Shown here piece after piece: positions 47,322 to 58,466 of a stretch of 64,000 nt of DNA. Source of the DNA: Gammaproteobacteria bacterium (GTDB lineage: Bacteria > Pseudomonadota > Gammaproteobacteria > Ga0077536); NCBI GenBank assembly GCA_963662545.2, contig CAXXLL010000002.1, positions 480,001 through 544,000 on the forward strand. The letters run 5' to 3'. How positions within the stretch are numbered: the stretch's first letter is position 1; each line of letters starts with the position of its first letter. A model generated the notes under the pieces. That model did no database searches and was not told where the DNA came from. It saw nothing but the letters and a program-made list of their open reading frames with translations. Both the position numbers and the translations under genes were made by a program.

Positions 47322-48764
47322 ATGCCCAGAACGTCGCCGGTGCTTATCATCGAGCGCGACGACGAGGCCGCGCGCCACGTCGAAGCGATTTTGAGCTACC
47401 TCGAAATGACGCCGCTGGTGGTCGATCCCGAAGGCGATTTCTTAGGGCCCCTGGAACAGGAGCCAACGCCCTACATGATATTGCTCGGTGAATGCGGCGA
47501 CGGTAAAACGCTCACCGATGTTTTCAAACGTATCAAGGCGGCTGATCCGTATACGCCCGTCCTGTTGATGACCGGCTCTGGATCCACATCGGTCAGCGCG
47601 GATCTCGAACACGATGCATTGGCCCGCGTGCCACTGCCCCTGCGCCAGACCGATCTCGAATCCGCGCTGCAAAAAGTCAAAACCTACCGCGAAAACCGCC
47701 ACCAGGAAGGTTCACCGCGCTCGGTCGAGTTGTTCCGCAGCCTCGTTGGCGGCAGTCCCGGGATCCAACGCGTACGCAACATGATCGAAATGGTTGCCAC
47801 TAGTGACGCGAACGTCCTCATCGTCGGCGATTCCGGCACCGGGAAGGAGGTCGTTGCACGCCACGTGCATCACCACTCCAACCGCCGCAGTAAACCCTTC
47901 GTGCCTTTAAACTGTGGTGCGATTCCGGCGGATTTGCTCGAAAGCGAATTGTTCGGCCATGAAAAAGGAGCTTTTACCGGGGCCATTACCAGCCGGCAGG
48001 GCCGCTTCGAGATGGCGGACGGCGGCACGCTGTTCCTCGATGAAATCGGCGACATGAGCCTACCCATGCAGGTCAAGCTGCTGCGGGTTCTGCAAGATCG
48101 CAGTTTCGAGCGCGTCGGCAGCAGCCGCAGCGTCACGGTTAATGTCCGCATCATCGCGGCGACCCACGTTAACCTCGAACGGGCGATTCAGGAAGGCCGC
48201 TTTCGTGAAGATCTCTTTTACCGCCTAAACGTATTTCCGATCGAAACTCCACCGCTTAGGGAACGCACCGACGATTTGCCGCTGTTGGTCAACGATATCG
48301 TGGAGCGGCTCGAACACGAAGGTCGCGGGACCATCCGCATGACCTCCTCGTGCGTTGAATCGCTCACATCGTACCACTGGCCCGGCAACGTACGCGAATT
48401 GGCGAACCTGGTCGAACGCCTGTCGATCCTCTACCCAAACGGGGTCGTCGACGTTCACGATTTGCCGGAAAAGTATCGCTCTGCGGAAGTCGTCACGCGA
48501 GCGCCGGCAAAGCCGTCGCTCGCCGTCCTGCCCGATATCGCGGCGAGCCCCGATGACAGCGGGATAGCGCGGCTGCCGCGCTCGGGTCTGGATCTGAAAA
48601 TCCACTTGACTGGTATCGAGCGGGATTTGATCCGCCAGGCTCTGGATAACACGGACTGGGTCGTTGCGCACGCGGCGAAACGACTGCGCATGGGTCGCAC
48701 GACACTGGTCGAAAAAATGCGTAAATTCGACCTCTCGCGGAGCGATCAAGTGACGGTTCTTTGA
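47322..48764 (+). CDS. fleQ: sigma54 activator FleQ/FlrA
   Basis: GDSGTGKE, GAFTGA, RTTLVEKMRK; TTGACA at 47182 upstream. Confidence 0.93.
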   Translation: MPRTSPVLIIERDDEAARHVEAILSYLEMTPLVVDPEGDFLGPLEQEPTPYMILLGECGDGKTLTDVFKRIKAADPYTPVLLMTGSGSTSVSADLEHDALARVPLPLRQTDLESALQKVKTYRENRHQEGSPRSVELFRSLVGGSPGIQRVRNMIEMVATSDANVLIVGDSGTGKEVVARHVHHHSNRRSKPFVPLNCGAIPADLLESELFGHEKGAFTGAITSRQGRFEMADGGTLFLDEIGDMSLPMQVKLLRVLQDRSFERVGSSRSVTVNVRIIAATHVNLERAIQEGRFREDLFYRLNVFPIETPPLRERTDDLPLLVNDIVERLEHEGRGTIRMTSSCVESLTSYHWPGNVRELANLVERLSILYPNGVVDVHDLPEKYRSAEVVTRAPAKPSLAVLPDIAASPDDSGIARLPRSGLDLKIHLTGIERDLIRQALDNTDWVVAHAAKRLRMGRTTLVEKMRKFDLSRSDQVTVL

Positions 48765-48828
48765 CACGCGTTGACGCCGGCGAACCTCGCTATTCTCCAA
48801 CTCACTGATAATCAAGCCCTGATCTCGG

Positions 48829-48843
48829 TGGCACGGTCCTTGC
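48829..48843 (+). promoter_or_regulatory. sigma54 promoter of fleSR
   Basis: TGGCACGGTCCTTGC. Confidence 0.85.
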
Positions 48844-48885
48844 TCATGCTCTGTCGCGCAGACGTCGATCTGACGCGCAAAATTT

Positions 48886-50142
48886 GTGAAGCCAACATCG
48901 AGCATGAACTCGCAAGCTACGAATACTGCCGAACAGCTCTGCGACGCATTCGCAGAATTCGAAGACGCTTCGCAAACACTGTCCGCCTTCTACCGTGAAC
49001 TGGAACATCAAGTAGCGAGCCTCACCGCAGAACTTTCCGCCTCGCGCGCGGAACAGGTTCGCGAGTTTGCCGAGAAGGAACGCCTGGCGGCGCGCCTCGA
49101 AAATCTTCTCGAAGCCTTGCCGGGCGGAGTCGTCGTCCTCGATCAGCACGGCCGCGTGCAGGAGTTCAACCCGGCGGCGACCGATCTCCTGGGTGACTTG
49201 GTCCCGGGGGAATCCTGGAACCTGGTCGTGGCACGGGCGTTCGCGCCGCGTTGGGACGATGGTCACGATATTTCGCTCAAGGACGGTCGCGGAGTCAACA
49301 TCGCCACCCAGGCACTGAGCGGCGAACCCGGTCAAATTCTGCTGCTCAAGGACGTCACGGAAACGCGGCGCCTGCAGGAACAACTAGCCCACTCCAAGCG
49401 GATCTCGGCGAAGACGGAAATGGCGGCCGCGATGGCGCATCAGATCCGAACGCCGCTCGCCGCAGCCCTGCTCAATACGGGTAACCTCAAGCGCCGCGGG
49501 GTCGCCGATGCCGAGCGGGATCGCACCGTTGAACGCGCACTGAAGTCGTTGCGCAAACTCGAGCGACTGGTCGACGACATGCTGCTGTTTGCCCGCGGTG
49601 GCAAACTCGAGGTCGAGGAAATCACGAATACCGATCTACTCACCGCGATCGAATCAGCGGCTGCGGATGCATTCGACTACAAAGAGTTTGATATTGGCTT
49701 CGAGCCGGAAGCGCACGAAGGTGCGGTTTTCGCCAATGTTGCGGCCTTGACGAGCGTAGCGCTCAATCTGATCGACAACGCCTGGCATGCGTGCAAGGGA
49801 CGAGGTCGTATCCTCATCCGATCACGCACCTCGGCCGGCGCGCTTGAAATTATGTTCGAAGACAATGGGCCAGGGGTGAACCCCGGTGAATACGAAAAGA
49901 TTTTCGAACCCTTTCATTCGATCCGCAAGAACGGGACCGGTCTCGGCTTGTCGATCGCGCGATCCGTTGCGCGGGCGCATGCGGGCGAACTCTGCGTGAA
50001 CGTCGAGACCACCTCGGGCGCGTGTTTCATCATGCGCCTGCCGTTGATCGCGTCTATATCGTCGCCTTACGAGCCGCATCGGCCACCCGGCGGCGCGCAC
50101 GCGGATGTTCCCCAAACCATCCGGTTCCAACAAGCGGGGTAA
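48886..50142 (+). CDS. fleS: PAS histidine kinase FleS/FlrB
   Basis: AHQIRTPL, DNGPG, GTGLGL; start may be 48904. Confidence 0.92.
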   Translation: MKPTSSMNSQATNTAEQLCDAFAEFEDASQTLSAFYRELEHQVASLTAELSASRAEQVREFAEKERLAARLENLLEALPGGVVVLDQHGRVQEFNPAATDLLGDLVPGESWNLVVARAFAPRWDDGHDISLKDGRGVNIATQALSGEPGQILLLKDVTETRRLQEQLAHSKRISAKTEMAAAMAHQIRTPLAAALLNTGNLKRRGVADAERDRTVERALKSLRKLERLVDDMLLFARGGKLEVEEITNTDLLTAIESAAADAFDYKEFDIGFEPEAHEGAVFANVAALTSVALNLIDNAWHACKGRGRILIRSRTSAGALEIMFEDNGPGVNPGEYEKIFEPFHSIRKNGTGLGLSIARSVARAHAGELCVNVETTSGACFIMRLPLIASISSPYEPHRPPGGAHADVPQTIRFQQAG

Positions 50143-50145
50143 AGC

Positions 50146-51510
50146 ATGTCCGGCGGTAATACCAATATCCTGATCGTTGAAGACGACGATGCTTTACGCG
50201 ATGCCTTGATTGATACGGCGGTGATCGCGGGCCTCAAGGCATCGGGCGCGCCGCACGGTCGCGCCGCGCTCGATGCCTTGGCGCACACGCAGTTCGACCT
50301 CGTGATCAGCGACATTCAAATGGATCCCATGGATGGTCATGCCTTACTGCGCGAAATCAGGAAGCGCGATCGCAACCTGCCGGTGGTGCTCATGACCGCC
50401 TACAAATCGATTCAAAGTGCGGTCAGCGCCCTGCGCGAAGGTGCGACCGATTATTTGATCAAACCGTTCGAGGCCGAAGTGCTGCTCAGCCGCATTGACG
50501 AATGGCTACCCCGGCTTACGGCGGTGAATGACACCGATATCGTGGCCGAAGACCCAGTCAGCAAGCGCGTATTCGAGCTGGCTAGACGAATTGCAGAATC
50601 GGATGCGTCGGTGATGATCACCGGCGAGAGCGGCGTCGGTAAGGAGGTCGTCTTTCGGGCGATTCATCGCCATTCGAATCGCGCTCAAGCCACACCGGTC
50701 GCGATCAATTGTGCAGCCATTCCGGAAAACATGCTCGAAGCCATCCTGTTCGGCTACGAAAAAGGCGCGTTTACGGGCGCCTACAAGGCCTGCCTCGGAA
50801 AATTCGAACAGGCGCAGGATTCAACGCTGCTGCTGGACGAAGTTTCTGAAATGCCGCTGGGATTACAGGCCAAGCTGCTGCGCGTACTGCAGGAACGCCA
50901 GGTCGAACGCCTCGGCAGCCAGCGATTGATCGATCTCGATGTCCGCGTGGTGGCGACCTGCAACAGCGACCTGCGGGCCCAGGTATCGGGTGGCCGATTC
51001 CGCGAAGATCTCTATTACCGCCTGAACGTCATGCCGATCGACGTGCCGCCGTTGCGCGCACGCCGCGCGGACATCATCCCCTTGGCAAGGGCGATGCTTA
51101 ACCGGGCCGTGGCAAAATCGAAAAAGACGCCGCCCGAACTGACGCCGGAAGCACGCGCGCGGCTATTCGAATACGACTGGCCGGGTAACGTGCGCGAACT
51201 CGACAACGTCATGCAGCGCGCTCTCATCATGCGCCAGGCCACCGAGATCGGTGAGTGCGATCTCATTTTCGAGGGCGTCGCCGTCACGAATTCAAGTGAA
51301 GGCGCGCCTTTCCGCGAGGCCGGTTGTGACGAAGCTGAATCGCTCGGTACCGATCTTAAGGATCATGAACGGCGATTGATCCTCGGCGCACTTGAGGAGG
51401 GCCGCGGCAGTCGCAAGTTCGCTTCGGACAAATTGGGGATTAGCCCGCGCACCTTGCGCTACAAGATTGCGCGCATGCGTGAGGCGGGTATTACGATTCC
51501 GGGACACTGA
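50146..51510 (+). CDS. fleR: sigma54 response regulator FleR/FlrC
   Basis: REC domain, GESGVGKE, GAFTGA, GISPRTLRYK. Confidence 0.93.
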   Translation: MSGGNTNILIVEDDDALRDALIDTAVIAGLKASGAPHGRAALDALAHTQFDLVISDIQMDPMDGHALLREIRKRDRNLPVVLMTAYKSIQSAVSALREGATDYLIKPFEAEVLLSRIDEWLPRLTAVNDTDIVAEDPVSKRVFELARRIAESDASVMITGESGVGKEVVFRAIHRHSNRAQATPVAINCAAIPENMLEAILFGYEKGAFTGAYKACLGKFEQAQDSTLLLDEVSEMPLGLQAKLLRVLQERQVERLGSQRLIDLDVRVVATCNSDLRAQVSGGRFREDLYYRLNVMPIDVPPLRARRADIIPLARAMLNRAVAKSKKTPPELTPEARARLFEYDWPGNVRELDNVMQRALIMRQATEIGECDLIFEGVAVTNSSEGAPFREAGCDEAESLGTDLKDHERRLILGALEEGRGSRKFASDKLGISPRTLRYKIARMREAGITIPGH

Positions 51511-51579
51511 GTAGAAACCGCGGCCGCGGGCGGGACGGATGCAGCCTTCCCCCGGGTCGTTGGTCATCGAGGAGGAAAC

Positions 51580-51906
51580 ATGTCGATAGGTGCGATTGAT
51601 TCACAAGCATTGCTTGAGCAGATGCGCGCGTTCGCCAACGAGGCCCGCGGAACAGAAATCAAACGGTCCGCCGAGGTTTCAGGTACGGATTTCGACCAGG
51701 TGTTGAAACAAGCGCTCGACGCCGTCAATGCCAATCAAACCGAAGCGGGCCGGATGACGCAGAGTTTCGAACGCGGTGAGCCGGGCATGGATCTGGCCGC
51801 GGTGATGGTGGCGATACAAAAGGCCAACGTTTCGTTCCAGGCCGCGACCCAAGTGCGCAACCGCCTCGTTGCGGCTTACCAGGACATCATGAATATGCCG
51901 ATTTAA
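51580..51906 (+). CDS. fliE: FliE
   Basis: QVRNRLVAAYQDIMNMPI. Confidence 0.95.
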   Translation: MSIGAIDSQALLEQMRAFANEARGTEIKRSAEVSGTDFDQVLKQALDAVNANQTEAGRMTQSFERGEPGMDLAAVMVAIQKANVSFQAATQVRNRLVAAYQDIMNMPI

Positions 51907-51943
51907 TCGGCGCCAAGGCATTTTAAAGGCACGAATCGAATCC

Positions 51944-53626
51944 ATGGCTGAAGTAGTCGCCGCTGACCCTCAAACCCACGTCATGGTCCTGTTGCGGCAG
52001 GCCGGCGTGATGATCGGCCTCGCGGCGAGTGTCGCGCTGGGCTTTTACGTTGTTACGTGGGCGCGCACGCCGAACTTCGCGGTGCTCTATACCGATCTGC
52101 CCGATCGCGACCTGAGCCAGGTGGTCGAAGCGCTGCAAAGCCACGATATTGCGTATCGCATGGACCACCGCGGCGGCGTGATACTCGTCGATTCTGCGCG
52201 TGTGCACGATGCTCGTCTCAAACTGGCATCGGCCGGTCTACCAAAGAGCGCGGACATGGGATTCGAGATGCTGCAGGAGAATCAGGGTTTCGGCACCAGC
52301 CAGTTCCTCGAACAAGCGCGTTATCAACACGCCGTCGAAGGCGAGCTATCGCGTTCGATCTCCCACATCAATAATGTGCGCTCAGCGCGCGTGCATCTGG
52401 CAATACCCAAGCAATCCGCGTTCGCTCGCACCCGCCGCGATCCCTCCGCTTCAGTTATCGTCGATCTGTACAACGGGCGACGGCTCGAACCGCACCAGAG
52501 TGCTGCCATCGTGCATATGGTGTCGGCCGCCGTCCCCGGATTGTCGACGCGAGGCGTTACCGTCATCGATCAGCGCGGTAATCTGTTGACCGATGCTCAC
52601 GGCGGTACCGACGATCTCGCCCTGACGGCGAAGCGATTTGAATACACGCGCCGGCTGGAGAAATCGTACATCAACCGCGTCGAAGCGATCCTTGCGCCGC
52701 TGGTAGGCACTGATGGCGTACATGCCGAGGTGACGGCCGACCTCGATTTTACAGCTACCGAGCAGACGCGGGAAAGCTTCAACCCGGATCTACCGGCCGT
52801 GCGCAGCGAAAGCCTGCTCGTAGAAGAACGTCAAGGCAGCGCGGTTGGGGGTGTTCCCGGCGCATTGACCAATGAGCCCCCAAGTGTCGCTGCAGCCCCG
52901 GAAGTGACGACCGACGTGGAAGAAGGCACCGGCGCTCCGCCCCCGATGCCCAGCAACCGCCGTAACCAGACCACGCGTAATTACGAACTGGATCGCACCA
53001 TCAGCCATACCAAGCCGGCCGTTGGTAGCCTGCGACGCTTGTCGGTCGCGGTCGTTGTTCGGAATCCGACGCCGCCGCCCGCCGCAGGCACGGCAGCGGC
53101 CCAGAGTGCGTCGCCGGAGAGCGAGCCCTTGAGCGAGGCGCAACTCGCACGCATGACCCATCTGGTTAAGGAAGCGATCGGTTTCGATGCGACACGCGGT
53201 GACTCGGTCAGCGTTACCAGCGCCGATTTTCTGAGGCCTGAAACGCCGGAGCCATTACCGGAGCTGCCCATTTGGAAACAGGATTGGGTCTTGAGTGCCG
53301 GCAAGCAGGCCCTCGGCGGCGCATTCGCTCTGTTCATCCTGTTGGGCGTGATTCGCCCGGCGATGAAATCTCTCCTGGCCAAACCGATGCACGTGACGGC
53401 GCTTGCCGGTGGTGCGGGGGCAGGCCTTACCGCTCTCACGCAAGGTGGCGATGCACAAGCCGCCCAACCGATGAAGCCGGCGCTATCGTATGCGGAGCAA
53501 GCGAGCAGTGGTCAGGCGCTACTGCCGTCGGGAGCGGGCGAACCGAGCCTCGATCAGGTCAAGCAATATGTCTCCCAGGATCCCAAGGTGGCAGCACAAG
53601 TAGTCAAGGGCTGGGTTGGAGACTGA
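51944..53626 (+). CDS. fliF: MS-ring FliF
   Basis: FGTSQF, ARVHLAIP, RNYELD, GFDATRGD. Confidence 0.95.
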   Translation: MAEVVAADPQTHVMVLLRQAGVMIGLAASVALGFYVVTWARTPNFAVLYTDLPDRDLSQVVEALQSHDIAYRMDHRGGVILVDSARVHDARLKLASAGLPKSADMGFEMLQENQGFGTSQFLEQARYQHAVEGELSRSISHINNVRSARVHLAIPKQSAFARTRRDPSASVIVDLYNGRRLEPHQSAAIVHMVSAAVPGLSTRGVTVIDQRGNLLTDAHGGTDDLALTAKRFEYTRRLEKSYINRVEAILAPLVGTDGVHAEVTADLDFTATEQTRESFNPDLPAVRSESLLVEERQGSAVGGVPGALTNEPPSVAAAPEVTTDVEEGTGAPPPMPSNRRNQTTRNYELDRTISHTKPAVGSLRRLSVAVVVRNPTPPPAAGTAAAQSASPESEPLSEAQLARMTHLVKEAIGFDATRGDSVSVTSADFLRPETPEPLPELPIWKQDWVLSAGKQALGGAFALFILLGVIRPAMKSLLAKPMHVTALAGGAGAGLTALTQGGDAQAAQPMKPALSYAEQASSGQALLPSGAGEPSLDQVKQYVSQDPKVAAQVVKGWVGD

Positions 53627-53651
53627 ACATTCATTCACGAAAGGAAGATTA

Positions 53652-54656
53652 ATGGCTGAACAATCCAAGGGGCTGGACGGCGCGCAGAAAGCGGCCATTT
53701 TCCTGATGACAGTCGGCGAGGGAGCCGCAGCCGAGGTTATGAGGCATCTCGGTCCGCGCGAAGTGCAGAAAATCGGTACGGCAATGTCCGGGCTCGAAGT
53801 CGTGTCTCCACAGAACGTCGACAGCGCCATGATCGATTTTATGAAGTCAGTAAAGCAAAGTACCGGTATCGGTATCGGCACGGAGGACTACATCCGTAAC
53901 GTACTGACGAACGCGCTCGGCGAAGACAAAGCCGGCGGCATGATCGATCGCATCCTGCTCGGCGGCCATACCAAGGGTTTTGAGTCGCTCAAGTGGATGG
54001 ATGCTCGGACTATCGTTGATTTGATTAACTTTGAGCACCCGCAAATAATCGCCATCGTCTTCAGCTATCTCGACAGCGATCAGGCGGCCGAGGTCCTAAG
54101 CTTACTTTCCGAAAGCGTGCGTTCAGACCTACTCTTGCGGGTCGCGACGATGGACGGCGTCCAACCTGCGGCAATGAAGGAATTGAACGACGTGCTCGAA
54201 TCTCAGCTACGCGGCGGAGCGGCCAGCGGTCAATCAACGCTCGGCGGCGTCAAATGCGCGGCAGAGATCCTGAACTATGTCGAGCGCGACGTCGAAGCGA
54301 AGATCAACGATCACATCGTCGGAGTCGACGCCGATCTCGCAGAGCGAATTCAAGATCTCATGTTCACTTTCGAAAACATCGTGGACATCGACGACCGCGG
54401 TGTCCAGGCGCTGCTGCGCGAGGTCTCAACCGAGAATCTCGTACTCGCGCTCAAGGGCACCGACGATTCCATTCAGGAAAAAATATTCGCCAACATGTCC
54501 CAGCGCGCAGGCGATATGCTGCGCGACGATCTTGAGGCAAAGGGGCCGGTGAAGGTGTCCGAAGTTGAGGCGGCGCAGAAGGAAATCCTGGGTATTGCCC
54601 GGCGGCTTGCCGATGAAGGCCAGATCAGTCTCGGCGGCGGCGAGGAAATGATCTAG
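53652..54656 (+). CDS. fliG: Motor switch FliG
   Basis: KAAIFL, EHPQ, MFTFE, NMSQRA. Confidence 0.95.
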   Translation: MAEQSKGLDGAQKAAIFLMTVGEGAAAEVMRHLGPREVQKIGTAMSGLEVVSPQNVDSAMIDFMKSVKQSTGIGIGTEDYIRNVLTNALGEDKAGGMIDRILLGGHTKGFESLKWMDARTIVDLINFEHPQIIAIVFSYLDSDQAAEVLSLLSESVRSDLLLRVATMDGVQPAAMKELNDVLESQLRGGAASGQSTLGGVKCAAEILNYVERDVEAKINDHIVGVDADLAERIQDLMFTFENIVDIDDRGVQALLREVSTENLVLALKGTDDSIQEKIFANMSQRAGDMLRDDLEAKGPVKVSEVEAAQKEILGIARRLADEGQISLGGGEEMI

Positions 54657-54738
54657 TGTGCCGACCGTCCGCGCCGGCTCTGCGCCGACCGTGTGGACCG
54701 CCTGACATCCGTTCGTCACTTACTCCAGAGCCCAGCGA

Positions 54739-55386
54739 ATGATTGACGAGGCGGAGAGCTCAGGCATCGATGAGGTGACGGCGTACGAACTGCCAAACGT
54801 CGAGGGCATGATCCAAGGTGAGTTCGAAGGCAGCGCGAGTATGCCGACGGCGCGGCAACTGGAGGCCATGCACCGGCACGCCTATGCGGAAGGCTTCGCC
54901 GCCGGAGAAAAGGACGGCTGCGCCGCCGGCGAGCAGCGGGCGGCGGCCGACGTCGAACAGCGCATCGCCGTACTCGACGGCATCCTGCAGGATCTGTCCG
55001 CGCCGCTGGCCATACTCGATCACGAGTTGGTGGAATCCGTTGCGAACCTGGCGCTCTTGATCGCGCGGCATCTCGTGCGCCGTGAACTCAAGGCCAAACC
55101 CGGAGAAGTGATCGCCGTCGTGCGCGAGACCATCAAGCATCTGCCGGTCGCCAGCCGGGGTACGACCCTGCATCTCAATCCAGAGGATGTGAAGCTGGTG
55201 CGCGAAGCCCTGGCACTTGGCAACGATGCACTCGACTGGCGTCTCGAGGCCGATCCCCTCATCGCGCGCGGGGGTTGTATTGTCGAGACGGAGACATCAC
55301 GCATCGACGCCTCGGTGGAAACCCGCCTGGCGGCGATAGCATCGAAGATGTTCGGCGGCGAACGCGAAAGTGATCGCGAAGCATAA
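54739..55386 (+). CDS. fliH: FliH
   Basis: AxxxG repeats, LHLNPED, GGCIVET..IDA. Confidence 0.92.
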   Translation: MIDEAESSGIDEVTAYELPNVEGMIQGEFEGSASMPTARQLEAMHRHAYAEGFAAGEKDGCAAGEQRAAADVEQRIAVLDGILQDLSAPLAILDHELVESVANLALLIARHLVRRELKAKPGEVIAVVRETIKHLPVASRGTTLHLNPEDVKLVREALALGNDALDWRLEADPLIARGGCIVETETSRIDASVETRLAAIASKMFGGERESDREA

Positions 55387-55387
55387 A

Positions 55388-55549
55388 GGAACCTCTGAAT
55401 AAGTCATGGCCCATCTGCCTTGCCCATGAAATCGCGGCGCCTTACGTTACGGACCTTGCCCATAGTCCCCGCTGTGGCCGGCGCTTCGTGTCTTGATCTG
55501 TACCATTGCATGAACCATTCAGATGCACCATGACTTATTCAGAGGTGCC
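55388..55549. mobile_element. MITE copy 3
   Basis: Same TIRs; TSD TAAA, which includes the fliH stop. Confidence 0.87.
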
Positions 55550-55591
55550 TAAAGCTCCTTGCCCGCAAGAGAACAAAGTCGAATCGAACTC

Positions 55592-56968
55592 GTGACCAAT
55601 CAACCAAGCAACGCGCAGCGCTGGACCGCACCGCTCAAGACCTATTTCGAGCGTCTGAGCGAACCGCCGGCCTTGATCGTCGAAGGTAAGTTGTCGCGCA
55701 TGATTGGACTGACCCTGGAAGCCGTTGGCTGCCAGGCGGCCATCGGTGATCGCTGCCGGGTGTTCAATCCCAACGGCACCGATGTCGATGCCGAAGTCGT
55801 CGGCTTTTCCGGAGAGAGGTTGTTCTTGATGCCCACGGGTTCGCCGCACGGGCTCGCTCCAAATGCACGCGTGATCCCGATCGGCGGAGCCGGTGAAATC
55901 GGGGTCGGCGAAGCGCTTTTGGGTCGGGTGCTGGATGGCTCGGGCCAACCGCTAGACGGCCGCGGCGCCCTCGAGTTCGATCACAAGCGCCCGCTCTACG
56001 GCGAGACGATGAACCCGCTGGAGCGCGAGCTGATCACCGATTGCCTGGACGTGGGTGTGCGATCCATCAACGCTCTGCTCACTGTGGGACGTGGCCAGCG
56101 CCTGGGGCTATTCGCGCCGAGCGGCGTCGGCAAGAGCGTCTTGCTTGGCATGATGACGCGATTCACCGATGCCGACGTCATCGTCGTCGGTCTCGTCGGC
56201 GAGCGTGGCCGGGAGGTCAAGGAGTTCATCGATCAGATCTTGGGACCCGCAGGGCTCGCGCGGTCGGTCGTGGTCGCGACGCCGGCCGACAATCCGCCGC
56301 TGATGCGCCTCCACTGCGCCGCTATCGCCACGAGTATCGCGGAATATTTCAGAGACACCGGACGCCACGTGCTGTTGCTCATGGATTCGCTCACCCGTTA
56401 CGCCCAGGCGCAACGTGAAATTGCTCTGACCATCGGTGAACCACCAGCGACACGCGGTTTTCCACCATCGGTCTTTGCCCGCTTGCCACAGTTGGTGGAA
56501 CGCGCCGGTACCGGACTCGCCGGCCAAGGATCGATCACGGCCATCTACACGGTATTGACCGAGGCGGACGACCCGAACGACCCCATCGCCGAAGCCGCCC
56601 GCGCGATACTAGACGGGCACATCGTACTATCGCAACGCCTGGCCGAACGCGGGATCTATCCCGCGATCGACATCGAAGCGTCCATCAGCCGCACGATGCC
56701 GCAGATTACAGGAGAATCCCATCAGAAATACGCCAAGGCGTTGCGCTATTTCCATGCGCTTTACGAACAAAACGCAGATCTGTTCAGCGTCGGCGCGTAC
56801 CAGCACGGTACCAGCGTGGAACTCGATACTGCGGTGGACATGCGCCCTGCGATCATGGAATTTCTGAGCCAGGATATGCGAGTAGCGGTGGATTACGATA
56901 CCGCAGTGGCAGCACTTGCGAGCGTGACCGGGGGCGACGTCATCGACGCCGCTGCTACTGTCTCGTGA
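55592..56968 (+). CDS. fliI: Flagellar export ATPase FliI
   Basis: APSGVGKS, GERGRE, MDSLTR, ILDGHI; start uncertain. Confidence 0.95.
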   Translation: MTNQPSNAQRWTAPLKTYFERLSEPPALIVEGKLSRMIGLTLEAVGCQAAIGDRCRVFNPNGTDVDAEVVGFSGERLFLMPTGSPHGLAPNARVIPIGGAGEIGVGEALLGRVLDGSGQPLDGRGALEFDHKRPLYGETMNPLERELITDCLDVGVRSINALLTVGRGQRLGLFAPSGVGKSVLLGMMTRFTDADVIVVGLVGERGREVKEFIDQILGPAGLARSVVVATPADNPPLMRLHCAAIATSIAEYFRDTGRHVLLLMDSLTRYAQAQREIALTIGEPPATRGFPPSVFARLPQLVERAGTGLAGQGSITAIYTVLTEADDPNDPIAEAARAILDGHIVLSQRLAERGIYPAIDIEASISRTMPQITGESHQKYAKALRYFHALYEQNADLFSVGAYQHGTSVELDTAVDMRPAIMEFLSQDMRVAVDYDTAVAALASVTGGDVIDAAATVS

Positions 56969-57396
56969 CGCGCTCGCAACGTCTCAAACGGATCACGAAG
57001 CTGGCCGTTCTCGCCGAGCAGACCGCGTCACAAAGGCTGTCGAACTCGGTCCGCAAACACGACGAAGATCTGCAGCGCCTCGAAGAGTTCCGGAACTATC
57101 AACGTGAATACAACGAAACGCTGGGTCATAAAGCCGCGATAATGAGCGCTCATTCGGCGCGTGAGCTGAAACGGTTCATCGGCCAGCTCGAGCGGACCAT
57201 CTCCGCGCTCGAGGAACATGTCACTCGGTCCGGGGGAGAATGCGATTCGGATCAGACAGTATGGCGCGAGAAATCACGTCGGGCCCGCGCGCTTGCCGAC
57301 GTCTTCGATCGATCCCGACGCCAAGACGATCGGCGCGAGAATCACGTGACACAACATGAAATGGACGACCGCGCGGCGTCGAAACGTAAAGAATGA
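56965..57396 (+). CDS. fliJ: FliJ
   Basis: Coiled coil, Y..EY, Q.EMDD; overlaps the fliI stop. Confidence 0.85.
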   Translation: MTRSQRLKRITKLAVLAEQTASQRLSNSVRKHDEDLQRLEEFRNYQREYNETLGHKAAIMSAHSARELKRFIGQLERTISALEEHVTRSGGECDSDQTVWREKSRRARALADVFDRSRRQDDRRENHVTQHEMDDRAASKRKE

Positions 57397-57461
57397 CGCG
57401 TAATTTCCGTCGGGCTGTTGGCCCGCCAATTGCAAAGGCGACGGCGGTTGCTCAGGGAAGT

Positions 57462-58466
57462 TCAGTTTCTGGCGACGCCGATAGACGACACGCCCGATCG
57501 TGAGATCAGATCCTCGAAGTACTGAATGGTTCGGGCAAGACCCTCGCGCAGTTCGACCCGCGGTGTCCAGTCAAGTATTTCTTTTGCGCGGGTGATGTCC
57601 GGCTGGCGTTGTTTGGGATCGTCCGTTGGCAGCGATTCGTTGATAATCTTGGTTTTCGATCCAGTCATCTCAACGATCATATCGGCAAGTTCGATTATCG
57701 TGAATTCGTGTGGATTACCGAGGTTGACCGGACCCGTGATCTCGGGGCCCGATTCCATCAGACTGGTCAGCCCCGCTATCAAGTCGTCAACAAAACAGAA
57801 CGAGCGCGTCTGAGAACCGTCACCGTAAATTGTAATCGGTTGATTCGTCAGAGCTTGAACGATGAAATTCGAAACCACGCGCCCGTCATTCGGATGCATG
57901 CGCGGGCCGTAGGTGTTGAAGATCCGTGCTACCTTGATTTGGACTGAATGCTGGCGGTGGTAGTCAAAGAACAGCGTCTCCGCGCAGCGCTTTCCTTCGT
58001 CATAGCAGGCCCGCGGCCCGATCGGATTCGTGTGACCCCAGTAGCTTTCCGGTTGCGGATGAACAGCCGGGTCACCATAAATCTCGCTGGTAGACGCCTG
58101 TAGAATTCGTGCCTTGATCCGTTTTGCGAGCCCCAGCATGTTGATGGCGCCGTGCACGCTGGTCTTGGTCGTTTGCACGGGATCGAATTGATAATGTACG
58201 GGCGATGCCGGACACGCGAGGTTATATATCTCATCAGCCTCGACGTATAGTGGGAACGTGATGTCTTGGCGCATCAACTCGAAAAACGGGTTGTTGAGCA
58301 AATGAATCAGGTTGTCCTTGGATCCCGTATAGAAATTGTCCACGCACAGCACGTCATGCCCGCGTGCGATCAGCTTATCGCACAGGTGTGATCCGAGAAA
58401 ACCGGCGCCGCCGGTCACCAGAATGCGTTTACGCGTGGCCGTGGGGAGGTGCGAAGATTGATTCAG
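57462..58466 (-). CDS. UDP-glucuronate decarboxylase (UXS family); inferred CTG start
   Basis: [40 protein letters not shown]. Confidence 0.92.
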   Translation of the reverse strand: MNQSSHLPTATRKRILVTGGAGFLGSHLCDKLIARGHDVLCVDNFYTGSKDNLIHLLNNPFFELMRQDITFPLYVEADEIYNLACPASPVHYQFDPVQTTKTSVHGAINMLGLAKRIKARILQASTSEIYGDPAVHPQPESYWGHTNPIGPRACYDEGKRCAETLFFDYHRQHSVQIKVARIFNTYGPRMHPNDGRVVSNFIVQALTNQPITIYGDGSQTRSFCFVDDLIAGLTSLMESGPEITGPVNLGNPHEFTIIELADMIVEMTGSKTKIINESLPTDDPKQRQPDITRAKEILDWTPRVELREGLARTIQYFEDLISRSGVSSIGVARN

